A program made the translations under genes and the position numbers. Source: Heteronotia binoei (taxonomy: Eukaryota). From it: DNA of 64,000 nucleotides. The stretch lies in the NCBI RefSeq assembly GCF_032191835.1, contig NC_083237.1, forward strand, positions 10,664,001-10,728,000, read 5' to 3'. The notes below the pieces were generated by a model that saw only the letters and a list, made by a program, of their open reading frames with translations, did no database searches and was not told the DNA's origin. Positions within the stretch are counted from its first letter, which is position 1; each line of letters starts with the position of its first letter. Positions 11,701 through 23,700 of this stretch are shown here, in pieces.

Positions 11701-14700
11701 AAAATAAATATATATATAAGCCTGCTGAATAAAAGCACCTCTGGATATGTCCTTATGCTCCACTGTCTTTTATTGACCCCCACTATGTATTAAACTGACT
11801 ATAATATTGTGGTTGCTTAGCAAAAGTAACAGATAATTTTTTTAAAAAAAAACTACAGGATCTGCTTCTTATATTTGGGGTGTTGTGCCCCTCAGTGTAT
11901 GGGGTGGTTTTTTTTCTGGGGGGGGGGGTTAAACCATGATGTTTCTCATGTTTGTAGAAAGTTCCCTCTTGTCTGAAGATTGGAGTCGCCCACCAAATTA
12001 CCCTTTCAACCATACTTGGCTCATATTCCTTGGCCATGAAATCATTTCCTTTTGAATGATGAATTCTTGTCTTTCAAGAGCATTGGGATCCACTCTTCCA
12101 ACTTTCACTCGAAGAAAGGACTTGTTTGGGAAGGTGATGAAGTTTGTTATGTCAAATCCAGTTCCCATTTCTCTCTTTGCATTAAAAGACATGGCTTCTC
12201 CTTCTGAGTTATTAAACACAATGCCTTGAAGGACTGGATGAAGCTGGTTGAAACCAACGGGGAGAAGAATGTCATTTATAACTATATACAGGCAGAACAT
12301 TTAGAAGGAAATTCAGTTCTCCTTCCCCCCAGATATCAACCAACATCTGGTCAACAGTGGTTCAGAATGGACCACGCTAGGTATTGTCTTCCATCCATTG
12401 ATGGAAACAGAGGCATTGTTATGGTGGAGAGATTACCTGCCAAGGCTGAATATCTGGAAATTCAATGTTTTTCCTTCCTGGAATTGCTCTGTAGATGGAT
12501 CTCGATGAGTACATGGCATGCAATGCATGTGCCACAGCATAGACGGAATTATATATGCTATAGCTATAACCACTCATGTCCATTTCAAAAACTGCACTAG
12601 GGAGATTCACTAGCCTCTCCTCCCCAGTACATGCATCCGGGATCTCCATTGCATTCTGGGGATGCTGAAGTGTACAATCAAATGCTTGTTCCCAAAACGT
12701 CTTTAGGAAACAATCTAATATTTTCCAGTTAGGACTTATGTTCTGAAGAAATTTCTGAAATCCAGCTACCTCATTTGAATGAGCTGTGAAGGAAATTGCA
12801 CCATCAAAGTATTCGAAGTCCCAGTACTTTTGACTGCCTACTAATGCAAAATCAACCTGGCCTGTCAGAATCCACACCTTTCTGTAGGAGGCATTTTCTT
12901 TATATCCAGGATCTCCTAGGAGCATATGAGTGATAAATACCATAAAGGTTCTTGATTCTCCATAGAAGATATATGCATTGGCTTTGCTCTCTATGAAAGG
13001 TCGAAATATATTTGAGATTAACTCATTCACAGCACCAAAATTGTTCCAGACAAGAGTGTTTGGACATCTTTCAGTGACGGCTGAACAGATTCCATGTTTG
13101 GAAAGCAGTGGCTCCAGAACTTTCAAGAAATGTTCTCCATTGTCATCATCCACAGCAAACAGCCCGACCCACATCCAGCCAAAATGCTGAAGCAGCCAGA
13201 TAATTCCCGTATACTGATGATCTTCATTTGAGACCATGCGGTAAAAGGAATGGAACAGTTTTGTATCCCTCTCCTCTGGGGCAAATGAACCATATGCGAG
13301 CTAAAAGGAAAGTTCAGATATTCTACAATCAATTGTGCGGGATGTTGGCATTTCCGAGCCTCTTTGTGTAATGAATACTTGCTGAAACAATTTGAGGCTT
13401 TCATCAACAATAAAGTTACCCTGAGTGAAAATTATAGCTGGAAAAACAATGCTTTTTTGACTACCCCCACCCTCTTTGCCAAAATGAAGACACAATATAA
13501 CAACATAATAAAAACAGATTTTATTAAAGTGACTGGTCTGCATTATCAATGTATCCTATGAAGTTTGAAGAACAGGTGGTATTAAGAATGTCAACTGCGA
13601 CTTAGTGTAGACTTGGAGGTTTTGAGGAGGTGCTTGTTGAAGGTGTGGGTTGAGGACCAAAAAGAGCTCAGCAGGAAAGTTATGCACTAGATAATGCCAA
13701 ACCACACCTGGATGCTAGAAACCCTGAACTGTAACAAAGGCACTCCATTGGCTGTCAGTATTTGGGGCAACTTCATTGATTTGGATGGAATGACCACAAA
13801 CTTACTTTATTCCAGCCTAAAACTCTAAACTTCATGCCATTGAAGTTTTAAAAAAAGAGGCATGGTTGATGCCACAAACAATTCTGCCAATCCAGCTAAT
13901 GAAGGATTGGTTTAGAAAACAGCCCTTCATCCATTGATGATTCAAGGTGTTCGTCAGTTATTCCTACTTGGATTCTAGCCATATCCCACTTGGGTCCTTC
14001 CGAATGAATGCCTTAACGAGTTTCCCAATTAATGGCTTAACCATCTCGGTGGGGAGGGCGGGTTATAAATTGAATTAAACATAAACAAAACCAAACAAAC
14101 GTAGAAGTGGGATAGGGTTCCCAACCTTTTTAAGTCTTTGGGCACAACAGGAGTTATATCCCATGGCCTGGACACCAGCCACCTTCACTAGTAAATTCTC
14201 ACGCCTCATTTGAAGCAGAGAATCTGGGACAACAGCGTCCCTAGCTTCACTGGATCCATGAATGATCTTAGAAATTGTTATGGGAAGGAAACTCCTAGAA
14301 GTACTATATCCTAACTTCTACTTCCTGATACTTCTTGCTCATCTGAGATAACCAGCTTTATTGTTTGCACTTTTGCAAATCATACAATTTTGATTTTGCT
14401 GTTTGTTATGCCTCTCCCTCTCCATCAAAATTAAAAAAAAAAGAAATGTGAAAAATCACACTGCAAAGTATGCATCCTACCTGTGGAATCTTATAAAGAC
14501 TGAAGATATCTGCCATTTGAAAGGAGGTATCAGAGGAAAGCCCCCCAATGACAGCCATCAGGTTTTTATGAGTGTCACACATATAATTGGGGAAGCTTTG
14601 ATGTATCTTGAAGATGAGGTCCAAAGAGCTACGATAGGTCACTCTCGCATCATAATAGCTATCAGTGATGTGGAATCCAAGTGTGATATTGGGTAAAATC

Positions 14701-17697
14701 TGGGTATTATCATTGATCTCACTGATGGCGAATTCCAAGGCCAGGACATGCTGGTACAACTTAGTCACGACACTATGGATAGGCAAGTATTATTTCATAC
14801 CATACTTCTGTAACGCACCACATTTTATCATACTATTGATTATTTTGTCTCTGACTAAATTAGTTTGATAAAAGGCTATCTTTCAATATATTTTTTTCTG
14901 ATTTTTTCCTAAGATAGTAAAGATTATTTACATGAAATTACTTTGGGCTTATCTAGAACTTGCTGCTCTATGAACTTCTCTAGGAAAGGAAAACAGGAAA
15001 AACTGTATTTTGCCAACTCAAAGCAGTGAATGAGAAAAGAATGGAAGAAGTTAAACGGGTGGGAAAGTAGAACCAGGAAAAGTAGAACAGAAATCAGGTG
15101 CATGTGAAAATCTTACAGCAAAGGAAGGAGTTTTGCTAAAGGATTCTTATTTTTAATAAGGCTTATTTTTAATTCAGTAAAGAAATGGTTTTATTGCATT
15201 CCAGTATGTTATCAACGGCTGGCAATTTTAATCAAAACTTCTGCATTCCACTTCAAATCCTATGCCTTGATTTTGATCATCGGTGTTATTGATGTTTGCC
15301 ATCAAGTCACAGCTGATTTGTGGTGACACCATAGAGTTTCCAAAGCAGGAGATGTTCAGAGGGGGTTTGCCATTGCCTGTCTCCATATTGTGGCTCTGGT
15401 GTACTTTGGTGGTCTTCCATCCAAACTCTACCCAGGGCCAATCCTGCTAAACTTCCAAGATCTGTCAAGATAGGGCTAACCTGGGCTATCCAGGTAGGGG
15501 CTATCAGCAATAATGCTCATAAGCTTATAGGTACTGAAAGAATCTGTTTCCTCAATATTGTGCTCACATTTGAGCTGCTGCTAACAGATTACTGATTAGA
15601 TTTCACATTTCTGGCTTGAACTGCTGGAAGGTAAGGCCACAAAAGGGGAAGTTTAAAAAAAGTCCCCCTTTTTTAGAACTTTGAATACATTTTGCCAGTG
15701 TTTCTTTTCACTACAGGACAACACCATATAACAAAAAGAACCTTTCTTAATTTAACAGCTCTGACATCTTTGAGAAGTGTTATTTCCTGTCTTTGCAATA
15801 CTTTCTGGTGTAAGATATCATCTACACATTAGATATTTCTCATTGTTATATCTAACATACATTTCTTAATATCTTTACACAAAAAGTACCATTCCTTCTT
15901 TTGGATGCTAATCAATATATCTTCCCTCCCCACCAGGGCTTTCATCTGCATGCATTAAGAATCTATGTTGATACACAGAGATAGTAGACAATAATATTAG
16001 TTGCTTTTCTGGTTCATTAAGAAACGTTCCCCACGCCTTTTTAAAGACTAAAAGTTTTTCATTTGTGGCTATTTAATAAGTATAAATCCTCACTTTTCAA
16101 GTTATTGATATTTCAGAAGATATATCCTGCTTGCTTATTGTGCAGCTTCCATGTATGCCCGAAATCGTTGGTCTTTATCTATCAGTCCTATTAGTCCCAA
16201 ATCCATTGAAGGTCTAGACACTCCTAGATCAAAGGTCTGCCCAAAGTATGTCACTGATAGAACCAGTTTACATACTGGTTCTAATCTAAATTGCTTCCCA
16301 CTTGGAGACATAATGTTATTTTTAAATTTTACAGGACAGTAAAAACTTATTGCATAAAACCATTGGCCATTGCACTTGCAGCAATTTACAAGTTAAAAGC
16401 AGTCAGGGACTCTAAGATTAACATGTTAGATTATTCAAAATCTAAGTTACATGCAGCAGACCCATGATTCCATAATCAGGCTCAAATAGTCCAGTTAACA
16501 GCATCATTTTACTGTCTACTGGATACTGCCTTTGCCCTGATTTTACTAGCAGCCAAAGCAAAAAGTGCTACTTTATAAGAAACCTCAGAGTCAATATCTG
16601 ATAATAGAAATATTAACTTACCATATCAGAGGCCAAATACAACTGCTTTATTATTTTTAAATGTTGAGCACTGCTATTTTGCCTTCTGGCCAAGATTTTT
16701 ATGTTATCCTTGACAGAATTCTAAGTTCCTTATTACTCCAAACAGACTTATTAAATAAAAAAACAGTATCCTAGATAGCAAGGATTGATTTACAAGCAAT
16801 GAAAGGTCCATAAATACCAAAAATATCTAGGTAAAAGAAATCATTTTTAGGGTACCTAATCTGTCCTAACCAAACTAGCTTTTGAACACTCTCCCCCACT
16901 CTTCCTTTCAGTGTGTGTGGATTTCTGTTAGTTACATCATTGTAGATGGTTGAAACTTATAGAAATATCAGATAAAGTGTATGCGGTTTTGGTGCTTTTA
17001 AAATATTCTTTCCAACTGGTAGGGTTGCCAGCTCCTCCCCCACACAATGAGAGATGGTGGGGGGTAGGGTTTGCCAGAACCAAGTGGGAAAAATCCTGGA
17101 CACTTGGGGATGGATACTGAGGAGGACAAGGTTCTCGGTGAGGTACAGAGACAAAAGTCCACCCTCCAAAGCATCCATCTTCACCAGGGGAACTGACCAC
17201 TGTAGTCTGGAGATCAGTTTACTTCTGGGGGATCCCCAGGTTCCAACTGGCATCTACCATCACCACTACTTCCACTGGTTCTGCTTTACAAAATACACAT
17301 TATATTGTGGGAGAAGACATTCAACATACTTCGTAACAGACAATAGTGAACATAAGCCACAAAATAATTGGAAGGGTAGGAAGGCAAGTCTGGGAGCACT
17401 TTCTTTGAGCATTCTGTCTATTCTATAAATAATACATGGGTTTTGTGATCTGAGCTCACAGAAAGACAAAAGAGGTGTCATTCCTTACTTGGGAATGTCA
17501 AACAAGTCTGATGAAGGATTTTTCTTGAAGTTCAGGTCACAGAACACATAGCCGATCTGAGAAACAATCCCACCAAGGAGGAATTTCCCTAGTTGGTACA
17601 ATTCATGGAGGTCAGGGAGGGCATCTCTCAAAGGGCATTTGTCTGATTTGCTGTTCATGGAAGTTAGTAGAAGTGGCACGACCATGAATGCTACCAT
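8708..17697 (-). CDS. Vmn2r: V2R copy B, complete 873-aa receptor
   Basis: Exons 17697-17489 (209), 14772-14481 (292), 13300-12437 (864), 12243-12016 (228), 10651-10525 (127; cysteine-rich domain C-x3-[12 protein letters not shown]), 9609-8708 (902; 7TM with [43 protein letters not shown]). Sum 2622 nt = 873 aa plus stop; no internal stop seen. The start ATG is inferred. Confidence 0.95.
11425..11580 (-). mobile_element. Old Squam3/MIR-like SINE remnant in intron 4 (paralogues about 23695-23850, 45535-45690, 61100-61255)
   Basis: ATCCTCACAAGAATCTGGTGCAGTAGATTAGGCT...TTTGAACCTGAG resembles the reverse strand of a tRNA/core SINE. Confidence 0.5.
15297..15499 (-). mobile_element. 5S-derived SINE, paralogous copy in B
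   Basis: Near-identical to 3650-3852. Confidence 0.72.
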
Positions 17698-18883
17698 CTT
17701 ATGGCAAAATTTCCCCACAGATACCGCTCCTCCTGGTTTCATCCTCAAACTGGCTCATCCCAAACAGTATCTTGGCTTCATTAATACCCTTTGGAAAAAG
17801 AAGCACGTCCACCTTCCTTGCAGCATCGACTGGATCACAGAGGCCACCTGAGTTTGCCAAAGCTTTGGTTTCTCTTCCACCTTATCAAAGCAAAATTGGA
17901 GAGTTCAAACTGACAGAGCCCTGCCCCTGCTGAGCCTTTTCTTCAACCTGTTAACGGTGAAGGAGTTTTTAAACATCACAGTCTTGCTGGATTACAGCTT
18001 ATTATCCTAGCTTCTTTAGAAAATCCTCAGCTGTGGCTGCAGGAACAGATTACAGTGATTTAGATCATTCAAGGGGGGATAATTGCCACAGTGAGCATTG
18101 AGGTCTGAGAAGTGCCACAACTTGGTTTAATTGGTTGTTCCAGATGTGGCCCCAAGTTTCTTGTGCTTCCTCAGCAGGACATATGATTACCAGCTGTGAT
18201 TTGGAAAATGTCATGAAGAATTGGGGGGGGGGGGGTTGATGCTGTGGAGGCCAGGGTTTGAGTAGCAGAAGGAACTCAGCAAGGATATGAAGCCATTAAA
18301 TCCACCCTCAAAAGTTGTTATTTTCTCTAGGGGAACAGGCTGGATAACAGCTACCAGTCAGGGAGAACTTCACCCCAATGTGGATCTTGTCAACCCCAAC
18401 TGAGCAACAAATGGAAGATGGTTTTGAGATATCCATGGGGTCCAAACACTACCCGGAAAGTTAAGTCCTAAAACCATCTTTTACACATGTTCCATTTTAA
18501 TGTGCATACTACCAGAGAAGCTCGAGTCCTTGGAAGCTTAAAACAAAACAGCAGGCCATTTTTAAACTGAATAAACACTTTTACATAATCCATTCTTACA
18601 TACAGTCCACAATAAGAATTGGAAGGAAGTCTTGAATGATACTTTGAAACATTTCTTAAATAACTTTACCAAAATCAAAGTAGACATACATTGCATATTC
18701 ACTCATGCATTGATTTGAAAATGTAAAATAATTTTGAGGTGGTATTTATTTTTCCATATCAACTTCTTGATTCGTCTAAAAACAGCAAGTTATATTTAGA
18801 CTCTTGCAGACCATTGTGTGATGGGGATGTCTCATGAACTCTATGTGTTTGGTTCACCCAGTATTTCCTGAGCATTCTCTCAA

Positions 18884-19117
18884 NNNNNNNNNNNNNNNNN
18901 NNNNNNNNNNNNNNNNNNNNNNNNNNNNNNNNNNNNNNNNNNNNNNNNNNNNNNNNNNNNNNNNNNNNNNNNNNNNNNNNNNNNNNNNNNNNNNNNNNNN
19001 NNNNNNNNNNNNNNNNNNNNNNNNNNNNNNNNNNNNNNNNNNNNNNNNNNNNNNNNNNNNNNNNNNNNNNNNNNNNNNNNNNNNNNNNNNNNNNNNNNNN
19101 NNNNNNNNNNNNNNNNN
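18884..19117. other. Assembly gap (234 N)
   Basis: N run after GAGCATTCTCTCAA. Confidence 0.98.
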
Positions 19118-20119
19118 CTGCTTTTCTACCTGCTCAGGGTTTCTAGGCCAGCAAACATTTAAAAAAACCCCCAACACATTTGAACCATTGAAATGCTTTT
19201 AAAAACTATCAAATATTTAATAAAAGAACATAAACAATCACCCCCAGTATCAGGATGGCAGGCCAATAACCATTATTGGGGTGGGGGGGTACACAAAAGT
19301 GGAAACATCTTTCCACCAGTATCTGCTGGTGATAGATACTGACAAAAGGAGACTGGTTAATCTAGCTGGAGGGAGGGAGTTCCAAAGTTTTTGTTCCATG
19401 ATGGGGAAAACTCATCCAGTCTCACATGGTCGGGGCTACCAAGGCTAGGCCTCCAAAGATGACTGGTGTGTATGGGTCATGGTGCACCGACTTCCATAAT
19501 AAAGAGGAACTGCGGGGGTTGGATTATCAAGAATTGTTGTGGAGTGCAGCCGGGGAACAAAGTGAATGCAGTCTTGTTGTGAGGAGAGAATTTGTGGTCC
19601 AGTATATATTGGTGCAGTTGACCTGTCCTTTATAAAATAAGCTGATGGCAACAGATACAGTCTGGCTTTCACTGCTTGATCTGTGCAACAACCCTGTGAG
19701 AGAAGAGAGGTTGATAGCAGATAAATGGCTCAAAGTAATCAAGATGAAGGATTTGAACCTGGGACTGTCTTAGTTGTAGATCTCTAACCAGAACCCCTCC
19801 AGTGTCTTTGTACTTGATGTTTGAGTTTGACTTCACACCTAGAACATAGTATCACATTCCATGCTTCTTTATTGATTTATATTTTCTGTCACCAGAGTAA
19901 GGGAGATGGTTTCCTAACTAAGCCATGAACGCCATAAAATGATGTCCCAATGAAGGACAGAGGTCAGCTAGCAATTCTTCCATTTATTTTGGAAAGATTG
20001 TATGTGTGTGAGCCTGTGTGTGTGTGCGCACCTGAAAGACATGGCAACCTCTGGTGTCTGACCAATTGGGGGCATGGAAGTCATTCAGAGAAGTGGCTAG
20101 ATAAAGCCTGCCCTCATCT

Positions 20120-20232
20120 CCTGACTTCTGGTATTCCAAGGAGGTCACCCATTCAAGTACTTGACAGAGTCAGCCTGGCTTAATTTCTAAGGTCTGACAA
20201 GATTGGGTTGCCTGGGCTATCCAGGTCAGGGT
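20120..20232 (-). mobile_element. Older 5S-derived SINE head in the intergenic unit (also about 7975-8075, 35065-35180, 57515-57630)
   Basis: GGTATTCCAAGGAGGTCACCCATTCAAGTACT...CTGACAAGATTGGG aligns to the reverse complement of 5S rRNA. Confidence 0.6.
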
Positions 20233-20791
20233 GTAATTTTTCCTTTGAAAGGTGTTTTTTTTTTTTTTTTGCTATATCAACAATGGAGATGGTAGAATTG
20301 GGGCTATGAAATAGGAGGGGGTTTGTGGTAAAGCGATCATAAGTCTTTCCTACAAAACCATCTTTTTGCATAATCAAATATACTGGAGCCACTCAGATTC
20401 GGACAAGCTGTAAAAAATTCATATGTAAAGATCACAACTTGAAAGGTGGACATTTTAATAACCATCCCAAACAGCTGTGATTCATTAATGGTTAATGTTT
20501 ACCAGTAAATCTCTGGTAAATCTCCAGTAAATCTCTGAGCAAATGAACCAATAGAATCTTTTTCAAGAGAAATAAAGGATTGTTTAGAAAATCTGACTAC
20601 TCACATTCATCGCAAATACAGATACTTATCAAAGAATAATTGCTCATAATGAGCCATGCACAGAATTTCTGTCTCCATATTCAGTCATGTGAATGAGTCA
20701 AACTTGGTTTGTGTTTCTTTGAGGTCTGCTATATAGTTGGAATTGAACTGTACCCCAAGTTAAACTTCTTTAATTCATTATACTTGGAGGA

Positions 20792-23700
20792 CTAAGTATT
20801 TCTCCTAATTAGCTGTTTCCTGTGATTCAGTTGAGGTCTCAGCAGAATAATGTAACATTTTGGGAAAAAGATGAAGCATAGTAAGCCACTGCTAGAGGCC
20901 AAGATGGAGAAGATCTCCACAGCTACCATGTATTTTCCTTTGGTGCTCAGGTAGGTTGGAACAAAAGACAACCAAACACTGAAAAATATCAGCATACTGA
21001 AGGTGATGAACTTGGCCTCATTGAAACTGTCTGGCAAATTCCTAGCAAGGAACGCCACGGTCAAACTGAGAATGGAAAGAAGTCCCATGTAGCCTAAGAT
21101 CATGTAGAACATGGTGATAGACCCTGGATTGCATTGTATCACTATCTCTTCAGTCAAGGACTGTGCATCTAAATCTGGGAAAGGGGGGAAAGTTCCCAGC
21201 CACATTAAACAAATACCTGCTTGAATAAGAGAGGAGGAAAGGACAATAGAATTGCTCAGTCTTCTCCCCACCCACTTTCTCATATCGGTCCCTGGTTTGG
21301 TGGCCATAAAAGCTGCAACCACAGTGATGGTTTTGGCCAACACACAAGAAACAGCCACTGAGAAGATGATGCCAAAAGCAGGTTGCTGGAGCCAGCAAGT
21401 TAACTTCCTTGGTCTTCCAAGGAAAAGCAAAGAGCAGAGGAAACAGAACAGAAGGGCGACCAGAAGTGTGTAGCTGAGATCTCGGTTATTGGCTTTGACT
21501 ATGGGGGTATCTTGGTACTTAATAAAAATTCCTAGAACCAACAGGGTGATTACAGATAAGGTCACAGCAATGGAAGTCAAAGAGATCCCTAAAGGTTCTT
21601 CATAAGATAGGAAGTTTGTCATTTTGGGAATACACTGATCTTGATCCTTGCTTGGATGCTGATTTTCCTGACATAGAACACAGTCATCCATATCTGAAAG
21701 AATAAGAAAGAAGGAGGGGTCATCCCAGTGTCCATTCACATGTAACTTAGCACCAGCTTCTAATACTCGTCTTCCAGGGGAGCACTGAGGGAGTACTTTA
21801 AGCTTACTCCTCAAAGCTGGTTCCTTATAAGGAGATGGCCATCTGAAGATGCAGATTTATAGTCATTCACTGTTTCATGTTGTTGTTATTATTGTTTGTT
21901 GCTGTCAGGGGTGGAATTCTAGCAGGAGCTCCTTTGCATATTAAGCCACGTACCACAGATGTAGCCAATCCTCCAACAGATTACAACTATCTTTTTTTTT
22001 GTAAGCTCATGGAGGATTGGCTACATTAGGGGTGTGTGGCCTAATACACAAAGCAGCTCCTGCGAGAATTCCACCCCCAGTTGTTTTTCTTACAAGCAAA
22101 TGTCCTGTAAAATTCTATTTCCCTCCTCCCCTGAAGGTTCCTGGACCTACTATGTGTGACACATCTAGGTGACAAGTGCTTGAAAGAAGGATATGAGGGG
22201 GGCAGTCCTGGTAGGTGAGGTCTTCAGTGGCAGAACAGAGCTGAAAGCTGTTCCACATTCTGCCAGTGTTAATCTGCCATTGAAGTCACCATCATCCTGG
22301 CCCCATTGCACATTCTTCCCTCCCTGATTGCCCTGATTTCATCCTGCTTCCTCACGCTCCCCATTCTCCATTCTACAGACTGCTCAGTTGACTATACACC
22401 CATGGTTACTGCAAGACATCATTCATTCATTCATTCATTCATTCACTCACTCGCTCATTCTTTCATTCATTCATTCATTCATTGAAGCAGCACCAGTAGA
22501 TAGTTAGGCAATGCAAGACACCAAGTGGAGGTTTTTTCCATGACCAAATCAAGACTACATTCTGCCACACATTTGAGACAGATAGGGCAGTCTTGAAGTG
22601 ACTTGGCGAACGGGCAGTAAATAAAAACATTTGGACTCGGAAGACCTCTTTCCACATACTGCTGATCCAGAGCAGAAGTTGCCATTCCTATAAGCAGGAT
22701 GGAAGAGATGGTGGCCTTTGGTGTTAGTTATTTAAAAGGGTATCCATGCATCTAGCTAAATGGCTGGATTTGAATCAACGTAGAATGCTTGTGTACTCTG
22801 TTACCTACCCACATGGTTTGAAATCTTTCCTTGTGGACATGGAGCACAATCATAGCAGCAGAATTTCTTCCCTTCCTTCTTCTTCTTGTGATAGCCAGGC
22901 GGGCAGTAATCATTGCACAAGGAAAGGGGCATCCCCTGCTCCACTCAAAAGACAGAAAGTTTGGGTAGAAGTAAATAGGTTCTTGCTCATTAATTGATAT
23001 GGAAATAAACAACTAGACAGCTGCATTAGAAGAATAAAAGATTTATTGCACCTTGCAAGTCCTTCCCTCATCTCAGCTGACCATATTTTTGCATGCTGTT
23101 GTCTGGTTGAACAATAGTGAATGGGAAGAAAGAAACTTACTTCATTCCCCCCCTGCTCCAACGGATAGCATAAACTGTATCTGGCTGTGCCATAAAAAAA
23201 GATGGGTTTTTTTTTAAATGTATCCAAAGTAGGTGATTTGCAAAGAGGGCATCTGATCTCCCCTCCACCATAACTTCTTCCTTTGAAAGCATCCTCAGCC
23301 TTTCTCTTTTTCCTGCCTCCTACTTCCCTTTCCAATCTGCCTTTATCTTCCTCCATCATGGTCTGTAGTTTTCCCTCCTTCCCTGTTTCCTTTGCAGCTG
23401 TCCAAGTTGTTACAGTGCCAACCACTGGACCCAATCCCGTAGTATGGTGAGGCTATCCAACACTGCATAATCCCTTGTATCACCGTCCCCACACTATTTC
23501 CTTTTTTACCTCCTTCTGGCAACCCCTGTACCCTCACCTTTTCCTGCTTCCTTTTCTCTTTCTGACCCACAGAGTATTTCTATCTGCTCTCCTTCAGCTA
23601 TATGTATTATCCATTCACTTCTTTTATGCTTCACTCCCCCCACCTCCCACGCCCTGACTGGGAATCCAAAGCATCTAGCATCATTCTTCTCTTTGTCATT

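Noticed and set aside
20500-20540. CCAGTAAATCTCT triplication in the 3' flanks of C, D and E
   Set aside because: One microduplication inherited by paralogues; no evidence of function.
21150-21473. Recurring alternative-frame and antisense ORFs in exon 6 of all copies
   Set aside because: Recurrence is explained by paralogue identity; no independent coding signal.
21694-21814. N-terminal extension of the 340-aa (and the 315-aa D) 7TM ORF
   Set aside because: Intron 5 sequence; a pyrimidine tract and CAG|AT acceptor mark the true exon start.
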